55,249 nt of DNA, taken from the NCBI GenBank assembly GCA_046081085.1, contig JBJTVF010000006.1:1-55249 (forward strand), given 5' to 3'. Position 1 is the stretch's first letter, and every line of letters begins with the position of its first letter. This DNA is from Candidatus Limnocylindrus sp. GTDB taxonomy: Bacteria > Chloroflexota > Limnocylindria > Limnocylindrales > Limnocylindraceae. A program made the position numbers and the translations under genes. A model generated the notes under the pieces. It was not told the origin of the DNA. It worked only from the letters and a program-made list of their open reading frames with translations, and searched no databases. This document shows positions 8,662-20,298 of this stretch, piece by piece.

Positions 8662-9888
8662 CTACGCGCGGACGCCGTTCCGATCAGGGACGAGTGTAGG
8701 ATCACCACCTACGGCGAGCGCATAGATCGCCTCGATGTCTCGCATCATGTAGTCAATGCAGAACTCTTCGTGCACCATCTCGTGTCCTGCTGCGGCGAAC
8801 TTCGCTGCACGGTCAGGGTGCGTGAAGAGCGAGATGATCGCCGCTGCCAACGCAGAAGGATCGTGCGATGGAACCAAGATCCCGTTCTCGCCATCGCTGA
8901 TCATCTCTGGGATTCCGCCTACGTTGCTCGCGACCACCGCTCGCTCTGCGGCGAGTGCCTCGAGGATCGCGATCCCTTGGGCTTCGCGATAACTCGGCAT
9001 GGTCACCACATCTGCCGCCGCCAAGACGGCAGGGATGTCATCGCGACGGCCCAAGAACGAAACGCTGTCACAGCAGAGATCGCTGCGTAGGTGTGCGGCG
9101 GCGAGCCCCTCGAGCCGGTCTCGCTCAGAGCCCTCACCGGCGATCAAGAGGCGCGCCTCTGGGAAGTGATGATGCACCAGCGGCCACGCTTCGATGAGCG
9201 TGGGATGCCCCTTCTCAGGCTCGAGTCGCCCGATCGCCACCGCCACCGGCGCGTCCACGGGGATGCCGAACTCCTTGCGCACAACGTCGCGACCAGGCGC
9301 TTCGTCGAAGCGCTCGAGATCCACGCCGTTGTAGATCCTGCTGATGGAGGTGCTGTCGCGATTCTCCGCCACGATCTTGCGCACCATCGCATCGCTCACC
9401 GCGATCAGCCAGTCAATCCTCGGTGTGAGCTTCTCCAGCAATTCGCGATCTTCAGCAGAGCGGAAACGGCTCGAATGCAGGGTGGAAACCACAAGCGGGC
9501 GTTCGCCCGTGCGCATCTCGACGATGTCTGCCGCATAGACTGCGACCACTTCGGCGCGGAACATGTGCGCATGGATCACCTGTGTCCTCAGCGCGATCAT
9601 TCGCTCGGCAAGTGCCGCTGCTGCTCGATCGTTGTGTTCGTCTTCGATCACCGCAACGGGGATCTTCAGGCGTTCGAGCCGCTTGACCGTGCTCCCGTGC
9701 GAGAGTGAAACCACGGACACATCGTGGCGAGAGTGGTCCATGCGCAGCACAGTGTTGACAAGGCTCTCCTGGGCGCCACCGTTCGTCCCGGTGGCGAGGA
9801 GCTCCATCACGCGAATGCGCGAACCGTCAGGGAGTGGGCCGGCCGGCGCACGCCCAGTGCAAGGCTTCTGGTGATTCACGCGGCTCAT
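8662..9888 (-). CDS. glycosyltransferase family 4 (GT-B, GT1-type)
   Basis: ORF 8662..9933 trimmed to ATG 9888, which overlaps the stop of the upstream gene (ATGA). It carries a C-terminal GT-B nucleotide-sugar motif (PSYREAQGIAILEALA....VVASNVGGIPEMI.DGENG). Confidence 0.85.
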   Translation of the reverse strand: MSRVNHQKPCTGRAPAGPLPDGSRIRVMELLATGTNGGAQESLVNTVLRMDHSRHDVSVVSLSHGSTVKRLERLKIPVAVIEDEHNDRAAAALAERMIALRTQVIHAHMFRAEVVAVYAADIVEMRTGERPLVVSTLHSSRFRSAEDRELLEKLTPRIDWLIAVSDAMVRKIVAENRDSTSISRIYNGVDLERFDEAPGRDVVRKEFGIPVDAPVAVAIGRLEPEKGHPTLIEAWPLVHHHFPEARLLIAGEGSERDRLEGLAAAHLRSDLCCDSVSFLGRRDDIPAVLAAADVVTMPSYREAQGIAILEALAAERAVVASNVGGIPEMISDGENGILVPSHDPSALAAAIISLFTHPDRAAKFAAAGHEMVHEEFCIDYMMRDIEAIYALAVGGDPTLVPDRNGVRA

Positions 9889-10919
9889 CCAGGGATCTCC
9901 AACTTCATCACCTGTGCGTCTACCGCGCCACACTCGTACTTGTACGCTTCATTCCCGCGCAAGAAGTCCAACTGGGCACGACCCTCGTTGATTGCGAGTG
10001 AAAGCCCATGGACGAAGAGGAGCACGCCGGGTGAGAGTGCGCGCGCGACGGCGTCGCCCCCTGCATTCCAATACCTGAGTGCACCAGCGTCACGAAGGAA
10101 GAGCCCGGCCGCAAACGTGCCGAACTCGTCGTTGCGTGCCTTGAGCATCGTGACCGTGTCCCGCGGTGCCGTATTGAAGAGTTCGCGCAGGAAGTCCTCT
10201 TCCTCCGCACCTTTGGCTGTAGCGGTAAAGAGACCTCGTTCACCCCAACGCGCGCGGTGCAGACGAATGAACTCTGGAAGATCGGCGCCGATGTCTTCGC
10301 TCGCGCTGATCTGCACGCCTGCCGTTTGACCGCGGCGAATCTTGCGCCGAATCTCGTGTCGCCCTTTCTTGTCAAGGCGATCCAGATGTTCATCCAGTGC
10401 GCGGATGCCTTGAAGGTCAATGAACGGTGCCGGCTCTTCAATCGCATACGTGGCAGGGCGTGACGCAAGCGTCGCGGCACGATGGATTGCGGCGACCATT
10501 CGAACGTGCGCGTCATCCGCAGGACGAATGCGCATCAATTTGATTGGCGCACTGAGCGCGAGGAGTGCCGTTGCAAGTGCATCGGCAACAGCATCCTGCG
10601 CCTGGCCTTGCGCGCCCGCGTGCGGCTTGAGCAGCACGGTGGCGTAATCAATGTGCAGCGTTGCACCGGAGTAGATCACGCCATCCGGTCGGCGCATCAA
10701 CGGGAGGTAGCCGAGCAGCTCGCCGTCAGTGGCAGTGCGCGCAGCAAGGCTCACGTCTTCCGCGCCACCCCCGTGTGCGCTCCACCAGGCCTGATGAAAT
10801 GCGCGGTGCGAGAAGGCGCTAGCGCTCACGTTTCTCTTCAGGAGTGCAGACCACTCTTCTTCGCTCACCCCAGCCAGCGGGGTCGCGGAGACGGCGATGG
10901 AGCCTACTGGGGTCGTCAT
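9885..10919 (-). CDS. GNAT-fold acyltransferase of the CelD/BioF2-like (Acetyltransf_6, FemAB-related) type
   Basis: ORF 9885..11108 trimmed to ATG 10919 (MTTPVGSIAV...). The C-terminal half (LHRARWGERGLF ... RYWNAGGD...SPGVLL ... DFLRGNEAYKYECGA) matches the CelD-like acetyltransferase pattern. Confidence 0.7.
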   Translation of the reverse strand: MTTPVGSIAVSATPLAGVSEEEWSALLKRNVSASAFSHRAFHQAWWSAHGGGAEDVSLAARTATDGELLGYLPLMRRPDGVIYSGATLHIDYATVLLKPHAGAQGQAQDAVADALATALLALSAPIKLMRIRPADDAHVRMVAAIHRAATLASRPATYAIEEPAPFIDLQGIRALDEHLDRLDKKGRHEIRRKIRRGQTAGVQISASEDIGADLPEFIRLHRARWGERGLFTATAKGAEEEDFLRELFNTAPRDTVTMLKARNDEFGTFAAGLFLRDAGALRYWNAGGDAVARALSPGVLLFVHGLSLAINEGRAQLDFLRGNEAYKYECGAVDAQVMKLEIPG

Positions 10920-10966
10920 CTCCGTATCGTACGCGCTCCGTACGCTTGAGCGTGGAGGATCGCTGC

Positions 10967-11637
10967 ATGCGCACGTTTTCGCTGCAACTCCAACTCCTCG
11001 TGCGCTCGATGGCCGCACCGTTTGTTGTACTTCTCGCTCCGCCCCGTTGTGGGATCTGCGAGTTCGGGGGGCACTGCTCTGCGCGGAATGCCGCACTGCG
11101 TGGGTCACGGGTCGCGCGGTGGCCCTGCCACCAGGGAACCTCTCCGCCGCGGCGGCGCTCGGCCCCTACGAAGGCGGACTCGGTGTGGCGATTCGCACCA
11201 TGAAATACGGAGGTGTACAGGGGCTTGCACGCGAATTGGGCGAGGCGCTCGTACCCGCAATCAAACAGGTATCGACACACGCAGCGTTTCAAGTCACGCT
11301 CGTGCCTATCCCTACGGACCGAGCGCGCGCGCATGAGCGCGGCTTTGACCATGCGGCGCTGCTCGCGACCGCAGCAGGAGCCGCTGCGCGCCTCCCCGTT
11401 CAGATGCTCCTCACGCGCGTCCGCAGCACCGAACCCCTCCATGGCGCCACTCGCTCCGCGCGAGCATTGATCATGCAGGGGGCCATGTCGTGCAGGGAGG
11501 ACGTGGATCCGCCGAGCGCCGTAGTGCTGATCGATGACATCCAGACGAGCGGCGCAACTGCCCGCGAGGCGGCGCGCGCGCTCCGAGCGGCGGGCGTGCG
11601 CTGGATTGCCGTGGTGAGCGTGGCCTACGAGCGCTGA
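10967..11637 (+). CDS. comF: ComF(C)-family phosphoribosyltransferase-like protein, reading frame interrupted at a G6 run (frameshift or indel error)
   Basis: Frame A from ATG 10967 reads ...LLAPPRCGICEFGG, the first CxxC. Frame B (ORF 10897..11637) continues ALLCAECRTAW..., the second CxxC. It then carries the PRTase core VVLIDDIQTSGATAREA. The frames join at GGGGGG, 11066..11071. Confidence 0.7.
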
Positions 11638-11669
11638 GGTGCCGCGGATCAAATTGCTATCATTGCCGC

Positions 11670-12158
11670 ATGCCAAAGAAGCTTGTTGGAGTCCTCGCAG
11701 CCGCGCTCTTTGTTGCCGCATGTTCGGGGACAGACAAGGACGGCGTGCCCATTGCAGATCCCGTTGGTGGATTTGGCGAGAACGTCGGCGCGGTCTCTTG
11801 TGACTTCGGTGGTCATGATGCTGCGTATCACATCCACTCGCAGCTCACGATCAAGCTGCCTGATGGCACCACTGCAGAAGTTCCACCGAACATTGGCATC
11901 AACGAAGACTGCATGTACTGGCTGCACACACATGAAACAGACGGCCTGCTCCACGTGGAGGCTCCAGACGAGACGTTCGCAACGCTCGCCGACTTCCTTG
12001 AGATCTGGCGCCGAAGCACGAACCCAACGATTCCGAACGCGGTGAACGCCGGACTCGCCGAGATTCGCGTCATGGGAGAACTGGTAGAGAGCGCCTCGTC
12101 CGTTGAGTTGAAGGATGGACTCGGGATCGAGATCACCGTCACCGCCTTCCCGGAGTAG
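11670..12158 (+). CDS. conserved-looking secreted lipoprotein with a His cluster, unknown function
   Basis: Lipobox FVAACSG. Motifs AAYHIHSQL and MYWLHTHETDGLLHVE. The antisense ORF 11649..12179 was rejected because it has no signal or motif. Confidence 0.65.
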   Translation: MPKKLVGVLAAALFVAACSGTDKDGVPIADPVGGFGENVGAVSCDFGGHDAAYHIHSQLTIKLPDGTTAEVPPNIGINEDCMYWLHTHETDGLLHVEAPDETFATLADFLEIWRRSTNPTIPNAVNAGLAEIRVMGELVESASSVELKDGLGIEITVTAFPE

Positions 12159-12244
12159 CTCCTCCACCCGTTCGTTCACTCAGATCTCCGCGCATCAACA
12201 CCCTACGCTCGAGTACGCCCGCGACATTGTGGGAGGATGCGCGC

Positions 12245-13327
12245 ATGGCATCCACAAGCAAGAAGAGCTCCGCACCACCCGCAGCGGCAGGACGACTCGA
12301 TCGCATGCTTGGCGTGCATCTTGCGGTTGGGCCTGGTTTGGTCAAAGCGGCCGACCGAGCTGCCGCTGTTGGCGCGATGGGGCTGCAGATCTTTACGGGG
12401 AACCCAACCGGGTGGGCACGCCGCGCGGAGCTGCCGAAGGAGCTTCCTGCGTTTCGCGCGCGGATCAAGGAACACGGCTTTGGACCAGTCGCGGTGCACG
12501 CTGCGTACCTCGCCAACCTCGCAGGGCCTCGACCCGAAGTTCGAGAAAAGAGCATCGCGATGTTGCAGCACGAACTTCGTGTTGCGCCTGCATACGGCGC
12601 ATCGTTCGTCAACGTGCACATCGGTTCACATCTCGGCACAGGGATTGAAGCGGGTGTGACGCGCGTTGCCGAGGCGGTTGATCAGATCCTTGACGGCGTG
12701 CCAGCAGCGGCGAGTGATGCGCTCCTCGTGCTCGAGAACTCAGCGGGTGGAGGGAACGGTATCGGCGAAAGCATCGATGAGTTGATTGCCATCCACGATG
12801 CAATGGCGAAGCGTCGAATTGATATGTCGCGCGTGGGCTACTGCCTAGACTCAGCGCATCTCTGGGGCGCCGGTGTTGAGATGTCTGATCTTGATGAACT
12901 TGATCGCGTCATTGACGAGTTCGACAGAGAGATTGGCCTCGAGAAACTCGTGATGATCCACTACAACGACAGCAAGGCAGCCCACGGTTCAAAGTTGGAT
13001 CGACACCAACACATTGGCGGGGGCGAAGTTGGTGCACGCGGGCTCGCCGCGCTGATCAGTCATCCGAAACTCGCCCATGCCGCGTATTACCTGGAGACAC
13101 CGGGGATGGAAGAGGGTTGGGACAAGCTCAACGTTGAACGCACGATCCAGCTTGCGCAGGGGAACCTGAAGCTGAAGCCGCTCCCGGCGGAGGCTCCAGG
13201 CGTGCCGAAGCCCGCCAAGAAAGCCGCGAAGCCTGTGGCGGCTGTCAAGAAGGCGGCGAATTCAGCGAAGGCGGCGAAGCCTGCTGCAAAGAAGAGCGCT
13301 GCGAAGCGGAGTGTGAAGCGGCGCTAG
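12245..13327 (+). CDS. nfo: deoxyribonuclease IV (endonuclease IV) with a C-terminal Lys/Ala-rich tail
   Basis: ORF 12227..13327 trimmed to ATG 12245. Endo IV motifs are present: VHAAYLANLA, VNVHIGSH, LENSAGGG, CLDSAHLWGAG, HYNDSK. The last roughly 50 aa are PKPAKKAAKPVAAVKKAANSAKAAKPAAKKSAAKRSVKRR. Confidence 0.9.
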   Translation: MASTSKKSSAPPAAAGRLDRMLGVHLAVGPGLVKAADRAAAVGAMGLQIFTGNPTGWARRAELPKELPAFRARIKEHGFGPVAVHAAYLANLAGPRPEVREKSIAMLQHELRVAPAYGASFVNVHIGSHLGTGIEAGVTRVAEAVDQILDGVPAAASDALLVLENSAGGGNGIGESIDELIAIHDAMAKRRIDMSRVGYCLDSAHLWGAGVEMSDLDELDRVIDEFDREIGLEKLVMIHYNDSKAAHGSKLDRHQHIGGGEVGARGLAALISHPKLAHAAYYLETPGMEEGWDKLNVERTIQLAQGNLKLKPLPAEAPGVPKPAKKAAKPVAAVKKAANSAKAAKPAAKKSAAKRSVKRR

Positions 13328-14352
13328 CGGAGGCTTCCGGCACCACGCCGGAACGGTGACACGGCGAAGAGAACGGCTCCGCCAGCCATCAGTGAGCCAA
13401 CATCTGTGATGCGATCGAGCAGCATGAGGGCGATCGCCGACTCAGGGGTCATGCCGAAGATCCCAACCAAGATGCCAACGCCACCCGCCTCAACAATGCC
13501 CAGCCCAGCCGGAGTGAACGGGATGGTACTCAACACCGCTGAGGCGAGTGCGGTGAAGAGCACCGCGGAAGGGCCGATCGCGCCGACTGCTGGTTCAACC
13601 TGAAAGAGACCGAGTGCGGCAGCGACCGCACCGAGTCGCAGTGCTTGGAGCGCCCAGATCACGCACGTGTGCGGTGCAACGCGCACGATCCCGCCGCGCG
13701 TGCTCCCCTCTTTCAACGCGTCAAAGGCGCGCTCCAGTGGCTCGGCGGCCTGCCTGGGGAGTGGCAACCGCTTGCTCAGCCTGCTGGCTGGACCGCGCGC
13801 GGCAAGGAGCACCAGGATCCCCGCAAGTGCGAGGGCGAAGGCAAACAACATGAGCACCAGCGCCGCGGCGGGAAGCTCGCCGCCGAATGCAACTGCGCCA
13901 GAGAGTGCACCTAAGAGCGCGACTGCGATCAGGTCGAGTGCGCGCTCCAACACGACGGTGCCGACACCGCGGCCAAACGAAGGACCGCCATTTCGCTTCA
14001 GAAGCCACGCGCGGTAGAAGTCTCCGATCTTTGCGGGCAGGACGACGTTGACCCAGAACGAGAGTGCAAGGATCTCGATTGCGGCACGACGAGAGATCGC
14101 AAGGTTCACGACGCTGAGCAGTTCGCGCCATCGCAGTCCACGAAGTAGGAGGGTGGCGAGTGTAGCGGCGAGCGCTCCCGCGAGTGCGAGCGCGTTCGCC
14201 GAGCCGATCAGTGCTGCAACTTGATCAAGGTTGAATGCGCTGGCAGCGCGCCAGAGTCCTACCAGCAGGATCACGGTGAAGATTAATCCCGCGATCGTAG
14301 ACGGACGACGTATCCGCTCGGAAATGCTGAACGAGGTCCTTGCCTCGCTCAT
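13324..14352 (-). CDS. flippase-like / lysyl-phosphatidylglycerol-synthase TM-region (UPF0104) family membrane protein
   Basis: 342 aa with about 8 TM helices. The N-terminal pattern LLRGLRWRELL is typical of UPF0104. Its stop shares the palindrome CTAG (13324..13327) with the convergent nfo stop. Confidence 0.75.
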   Translation of the reverse strand: MSEARTSFSISERIRRPSTIAGLIFTVILLVGLWRAASAFNLDQVAALIGSANALALAGALAATLATLLLRGLRWRELLSVVNLAISRRAAIEILALSFWVNVVLPAKIGDFYRAWLLKRNGGPSFGRGVGTVVLERALDLIAVALLGALSGAVAFGGELPAAALVLMLFAFALALAGILVLLAARGPASRLSKRLPLPRQAAEPLERAFDALKEGSTRGGIVRVAPHTCVIWALQALRLGAVAAALGLFQVEPAVGAIGPSAVLFTALASAVLSTIPFTPAGLGIVEAGGVGILVGIFGMTPESAIALMLLDRITDVGSLMAGGAVLFAVSPFRRGAGSLR

Positions 14353-14365
14353 TTCGTTTCACCAA

Positions 14366-15115
14366 TCATTCCTGCTCGCCGTAGGTGAAGCCCGGCTTGA
14401 TGCGTCTGTTCCCACGCGTCGCATTGATCACCTTCGCAAACGGCATCACCAGCCGCGCGAGCAGGGAACCGCGACCGGTGATGAGTTCATGTGGCGCAGC
14501 GAGTGCGGCGCGCATCAGTGCTGGCGTTGATGGATCGCCATCAAGGATCGTTGCAGCGTTTCCAATCTCCATGATGCTGTGCGCGTCTGACGATGCAACG
14601 CTGGGGATCCCGTGCGTTGCCGCAAGCGTGGCGGCGCGCGCATTGCCTCCAGGCGTCAACAGTCGCGCGTTCCACCCTTCAATCCAGTCAACGAGCGTGA
14701 TGAGTTCCGAATGTTCTTCCTTGAGAAGCAGCGAGCCGCGTGTGCCATCAAACGGGTGCGGAATTCCAACGAGGCCGCCCTGCTCACGGATCGCTGCAGC
14801 GGCCTCTGCAGGCGGGAGCCCAACCTTGATGGGGCGCTCAATGAAGAGCGCGATCAAGTCGCCATCACGCGTGCGCACTTCGGAGCCAACAAGGACGGTG
14901 ATGCCGGGGATCTGCGCATCGCGCGCACGTTGCGCACCGTCAACGCGATCATGGTCGGTGATTGCGAGATGGGTGATGCCGCGAGCTGCAGCGGAGCGTG
15001 TGAGCTCGATTGGATCGCTCAGTGAGTCAAAGCTTGAAGACGTGTGGGAGTGAAGATCAACGAATGCCTTGGGGGCACCCTCCTGCGTCCAGCCGTCGCG
15101 CTGGTGCAGCGACAC
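14366..15115 (-). CDS. PHP-domain metal-dependent phosphoesterase
   Basis: Motifs VDLHSHTSSSFD, ITDHD, GIPHPFD and SSDAHS. GTG start lies 3 nt after the mreB stop. Confidence 0.85.
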   Translation of the reverse strand: MSLHQRDGWTQEGAPKAFVDLHSHTSSSFDSLSDPIELTRSAAARGITHLAITDHDRVDGAQRARDAQIPGITVLVGSEVRTRDGDLIALFIERPIKVGLPPAEAAAAIREQGGLVGIPHPFDGTRGSLLLKEEHSELITLVDWIEGWNARLLTPGGNARAATLAATHGIPSVASSDAHSIMEIGNAATILDGDPSTPALMRAALAAPHELITGRGSLLARLVMPFAKVINATRGNRRIKPGFTYGEQE

Positions 15116-15118
15116 GGG

Positions 15119-16117
15119 TCAGGCTTGCGACGTCAGCGATTTGGCGAAGACGTCAAAGTGTTCGAGCGCCGTCCCCGTCCCCTTCGCCACGCAGCTCAGC
15201 GGATCTGGTGCCACGTGAGAGGCGACGCCAGTGACGTTGGTGATCAGGCGATCGATGTTTCGAAGCAGCGCGCCACCACCGGAGAGGACAATCCCCTTGT
15301 CGATGATGTCGGCGCTGAGCTCTGGTGGCGTCTGCTCCAGCACGCCACGGATGGCATCGGTGAGGTTTCGCAGCGGTACCTCCATCGCCTCCGTGATCTC
15401 CGTTGAGGTGATCATCACCTCACGAGGAAGTCCGGCGATCATGTCTCGGCCCTTGACACTCATGACCAACTCCTCTTCGAGGGGGAGGGCGCTTCCGATC
15501 TCAACCTTCACCTGCTCCGCGGTGCGGTCGCCGATCATCAAGTTGTACTTGCGGCGGATGTAGAGGGCGATCGCCTCGTCAAACCGGTTCCCCCCGACGC
15601 GGTGACTCTTCGCGACGACGATGTCTGACATCGAAAGCACCGCAATCTCTGCCGTGCCACCGCCGATGTTCACGATCATGTTTCCTGATGGACCGCTGAT
15701 TGGCAGCTGGGCGCCGATCGCTGCCGCCATTGGCTCTTCGATCAGGTACGCCTTGCCAGCCCCCGCCTGTCGCGCGGCATCCAGCACATAGCGCTTCTCC
15801 ACGGAAGTGGAGCCAGCGGGAACGCTCACGAGGACGTCCGGGCGACCGAAGGAGATCTTCCCCGCCGTCCCCTTCTTGATGAAATAGCGCAACATGGCTT
15901 CGGTCACCACATAGTCTGCGATCACACCGTCGCGAAGAGGACGGATGGCGGAAATTGACCCTGGCGTTCGACCCACCATCTCCTTCGCCTCCGTACCGAC
16001 CGCAACGATCCGATCTTCTGCATCAATGGCCACGACGCTCGGCTCACGCACGGTGATCCCTTGACCCTGTACGAACACCAGCACGTTGGCGGTACCGAGA
16101 TCGATTCCAATCTTCAT
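15119..16117 (-). CDS. mreB: rod shape-determining actin homologue MreB
   Basis: [14 protein letters not shown]..., [22 protein letters not shown]. The ATG overlaps the murA stop (ATGA). Confidence 0.95.
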   Translation of the reverse strand: MKIGIDLGTANVLVFVQGQGITVREPSVVAIDAEDRIVAVGTEAKEMVGRTPGSISAIRPLRDGVIADYVVTEAMLRYFIKKGTAGKISFGRPDVLVSVPAGSTSVEKRYVLDAARQAGAGKAYLIEEPMAAAIGAQLPISGPSGNMIVNIGGGTAEIAVLSMSDIVVAKSHRVGGNRFDEAIALYIRRKYNLMIGDRTAEQVKVEIGSALPLEEELVMSVKGRDMIAGLPREVMITSTEITEAMEVPLRNLTDAIRGVLEQTPPELSADIIDKGIVLSGGGALLRNIDRLITNVTGVASHVAPDPLSCVAKGTGTALEHFDVFAKSLTSQA

Positions 16118-17466
16118 GATGGGCTCTTCTCCTCTTCGCTGACGTGCGTCAACTCCGCGCCGAGGCCACGGAACTTCTCCTCAATGGTGGCATAGCCGCG
16201 GCGGACGTGGTGCGCGCCATGGATCCTGCTCTCACCAGGGGCGGCCAGCGCCGCAAGCATGAGGGTGGCCCCCGCGCGTAGATCCGGGATATCTGCCTCT
16301 GCCGCAGTGAACGCGGTTGGACCGCTGATCCGCGCGTGCCGCGGGTCGAGGATCTCTATCTGTGCGCCGAAACTGCGCAAGCCCACAAGCCATTCAAGTC
16401 GATCTTCAAAGATCGTCTCATGGATGTTGCTCGCACCAGCAGCACGCGTCAGTATCAACCCCGCTGACGGTTGCAGGTCTGTTGCCAGACCTGGGTATGG
16501 CGCCGTAGTGATATCGACCGCCTTGTACGATCCTTCGCCGTGTGGCTTGCCGCTGACTTGAAGCGTGTTGCCCTTTACGCCGTGCTCAACGCCCATTCGC
16601 TCCAACACCTCCAGGAACGCACCAAGGTGCGCCGGTTCAATATCCGTGATCTCAATACTGCCGCCAATCACCGCAGCGGCGGTAGCAAATGTTCCTGCCT
16701 CAATGCGATCTGGCATGACGCGATACGTCGCACCGTGCAGCGCGTCGACGCCTTGGATTTCAATGATGTCTGGCGCGGTGCGTTGAATTTTGGCGCCCAT
16801 TGCATTCAAGAGTGCAATGAGATCGTCCACCTCTGGCTCCCGCGCCGCAGGGCGAATACGCGTCGTTCCCTTTGCGAGTACGGCGGCGAGCATGGCGTTC
16901 TCTGTACCCATGACCGTCACATGTGGAAAGTTGATCTCCGCACCGCGTAGTCGCCCGTTGCTCTTTGCAAAGTAGTACCCGTCGCGATAATCAATCTCCG
17001 CACCAAGTGCGCGCATGGCATCCACATGCAGGTTGACGGGGCGCCGCCCGATTCGATCACCACCAGGGTTACTGATGATGACTCGGCCAAAACGCGAAAG
17101 TAGCGGGCCAAGCAACATAAAGCTTGCGCGCATCTTTGCCGCAGCTTCAAGTGGAACAAACAGCCACTCCACGTCGCCTGCCGTCAAATCCATGGTGCCG
17201 TCTGCTTCACGTTCTACCGCAACACCAAGGTCGCGGAGTGTGTCGCGCAGCACTTCGATGTCGAGGATCTCAGGAACGTTCTCAAGTCGAAGCGTCTCGC
17301 CGGTGAGCACTGAAGCCGCCATCATCTTGAGTGCTGCGTTCTTTGCGCCAGAGACGCGAACGCTGCCACGCAGCGGACGACCACCAGTGATGTGGAACGC
17401 CTCTTTGGCGAGCACCGTGGGTCGGTACTCCCAGGAGAACGGTTTCGACTCAGGTGGCTTGCTCAT
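16114..17466 (-). CDS. murA: UDP-N-acetylglucosamine 1-carboxyvinyltransferase
   Basis: ORF 16114..17502 trimmed to ATG 17466. Motifs [24 protein letters not shown] and GATENAM-like MGTENAML. Confidence 0.95.
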   Translation of the reverse strand: MSKPPESKPFSWEYRPTVLAKEAFHITGGRPLRGSVRVSGAKNAALKMMAASVLTGETLRLENVPEILDIEVLRDTLRDLGVAVEREADGTMDLTAGDVEWLFVPLEAAAKMRASFMLLGPLLSRFGRVIISNPGGDRIGRRPVNLHVDAMRALGAEIDYRDGYYFAKSNGRLRGAEINFPHVTVMGTENAMLAAVLAKGTTRIRPAAREPEVDDLIALLNAMGAKIQRTAPDIIEIQGVDALHGATYRVMPDRIEAGTFATAAAVIGGSIEITDIEPAHLGAFLEVLERMGVEHGVKGNTLQVSGKPHGEGSYKAVDITTAPYPGLATDLQPSAGLILTRAAGASNIHETIFEDRLEWLVGLRSFGAQIEILDPRHARISGPTAFTAAEADIPDLRAGATLMLAALAAPGESRIHGAHHVRRGYATIEEKFRGLGAELTHVSEEEKSPS

Positions 17467-17550
17467 GCGTGGATTCTCGCCCCTCTCCCTCGCCGCGTCC
17501 AACCGAGCAGACGCTCAACTCGCGCGGGGTTCTATCTAGTATCTGGGTGA

Positions 17551-17970
17551 TCAGCCGCGACGGCGGCGGCGCTCGGCAAGGTTCAGTTGGAGCAAGGCTC
17601 TCGCCATGGCCGCACGTGCACTGGCAACCGCGCCAGGGTCGGCGTGGTCAACCTGCGCGAGTGCCTGCTCGGCAACCGCCTTCGCCTTCTCGATGGCTGC
17701 CACATCGAGCTCGGCGGCTAGGTCCGCCGACTCGGCGAGCACCAATACTCGATCTGGTCGCACCTGCACAAAGCCGCCGATGATCGCCACTGACTCAACG
17801 CTGCCGTCCTTGGTGGTGATACGCCCCTCGCCAAGGCCGAGGACCGTGACATACGGCTCATGCTTTGGCAGGATCCCAACCTCACCATCAACGGTGGGGA
17901 GCACAAGCGCCGTCGCCTCACCACTCCAGGTGAGTCGCTCCGGCGTCACGATCTCCAGCGCAAACGGCAT
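17551..17970 (-). CDS. atpC: F0F1 ATP synthase subunit epsilon
   Basis: LEIVTPERL...LPTVDGEVGILPKHEP. It is the last gene of the atp cluster. Confidence 0.9.
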   Translation of the reverse strand: MPFALEIVTPERLTWSGEATALVLPTVDGEVGILPKHEPYVTVLGLGEGRITTKDGSVESVAIIGGFVQVRPDRVLVLAESADLAAELDVAAIEKAKAVAEQALAQVDHADPGAVASARAAMARALLQLNLAERRRRRG

Positions 17971-18002
17971 TCGTTACGTCCTCGCTTCTGCAGCGCGGGC
18001 TG

Positions 18003-20297
<2,295 letters not shown>

Positions 20298-20298
<1 letters not shown>

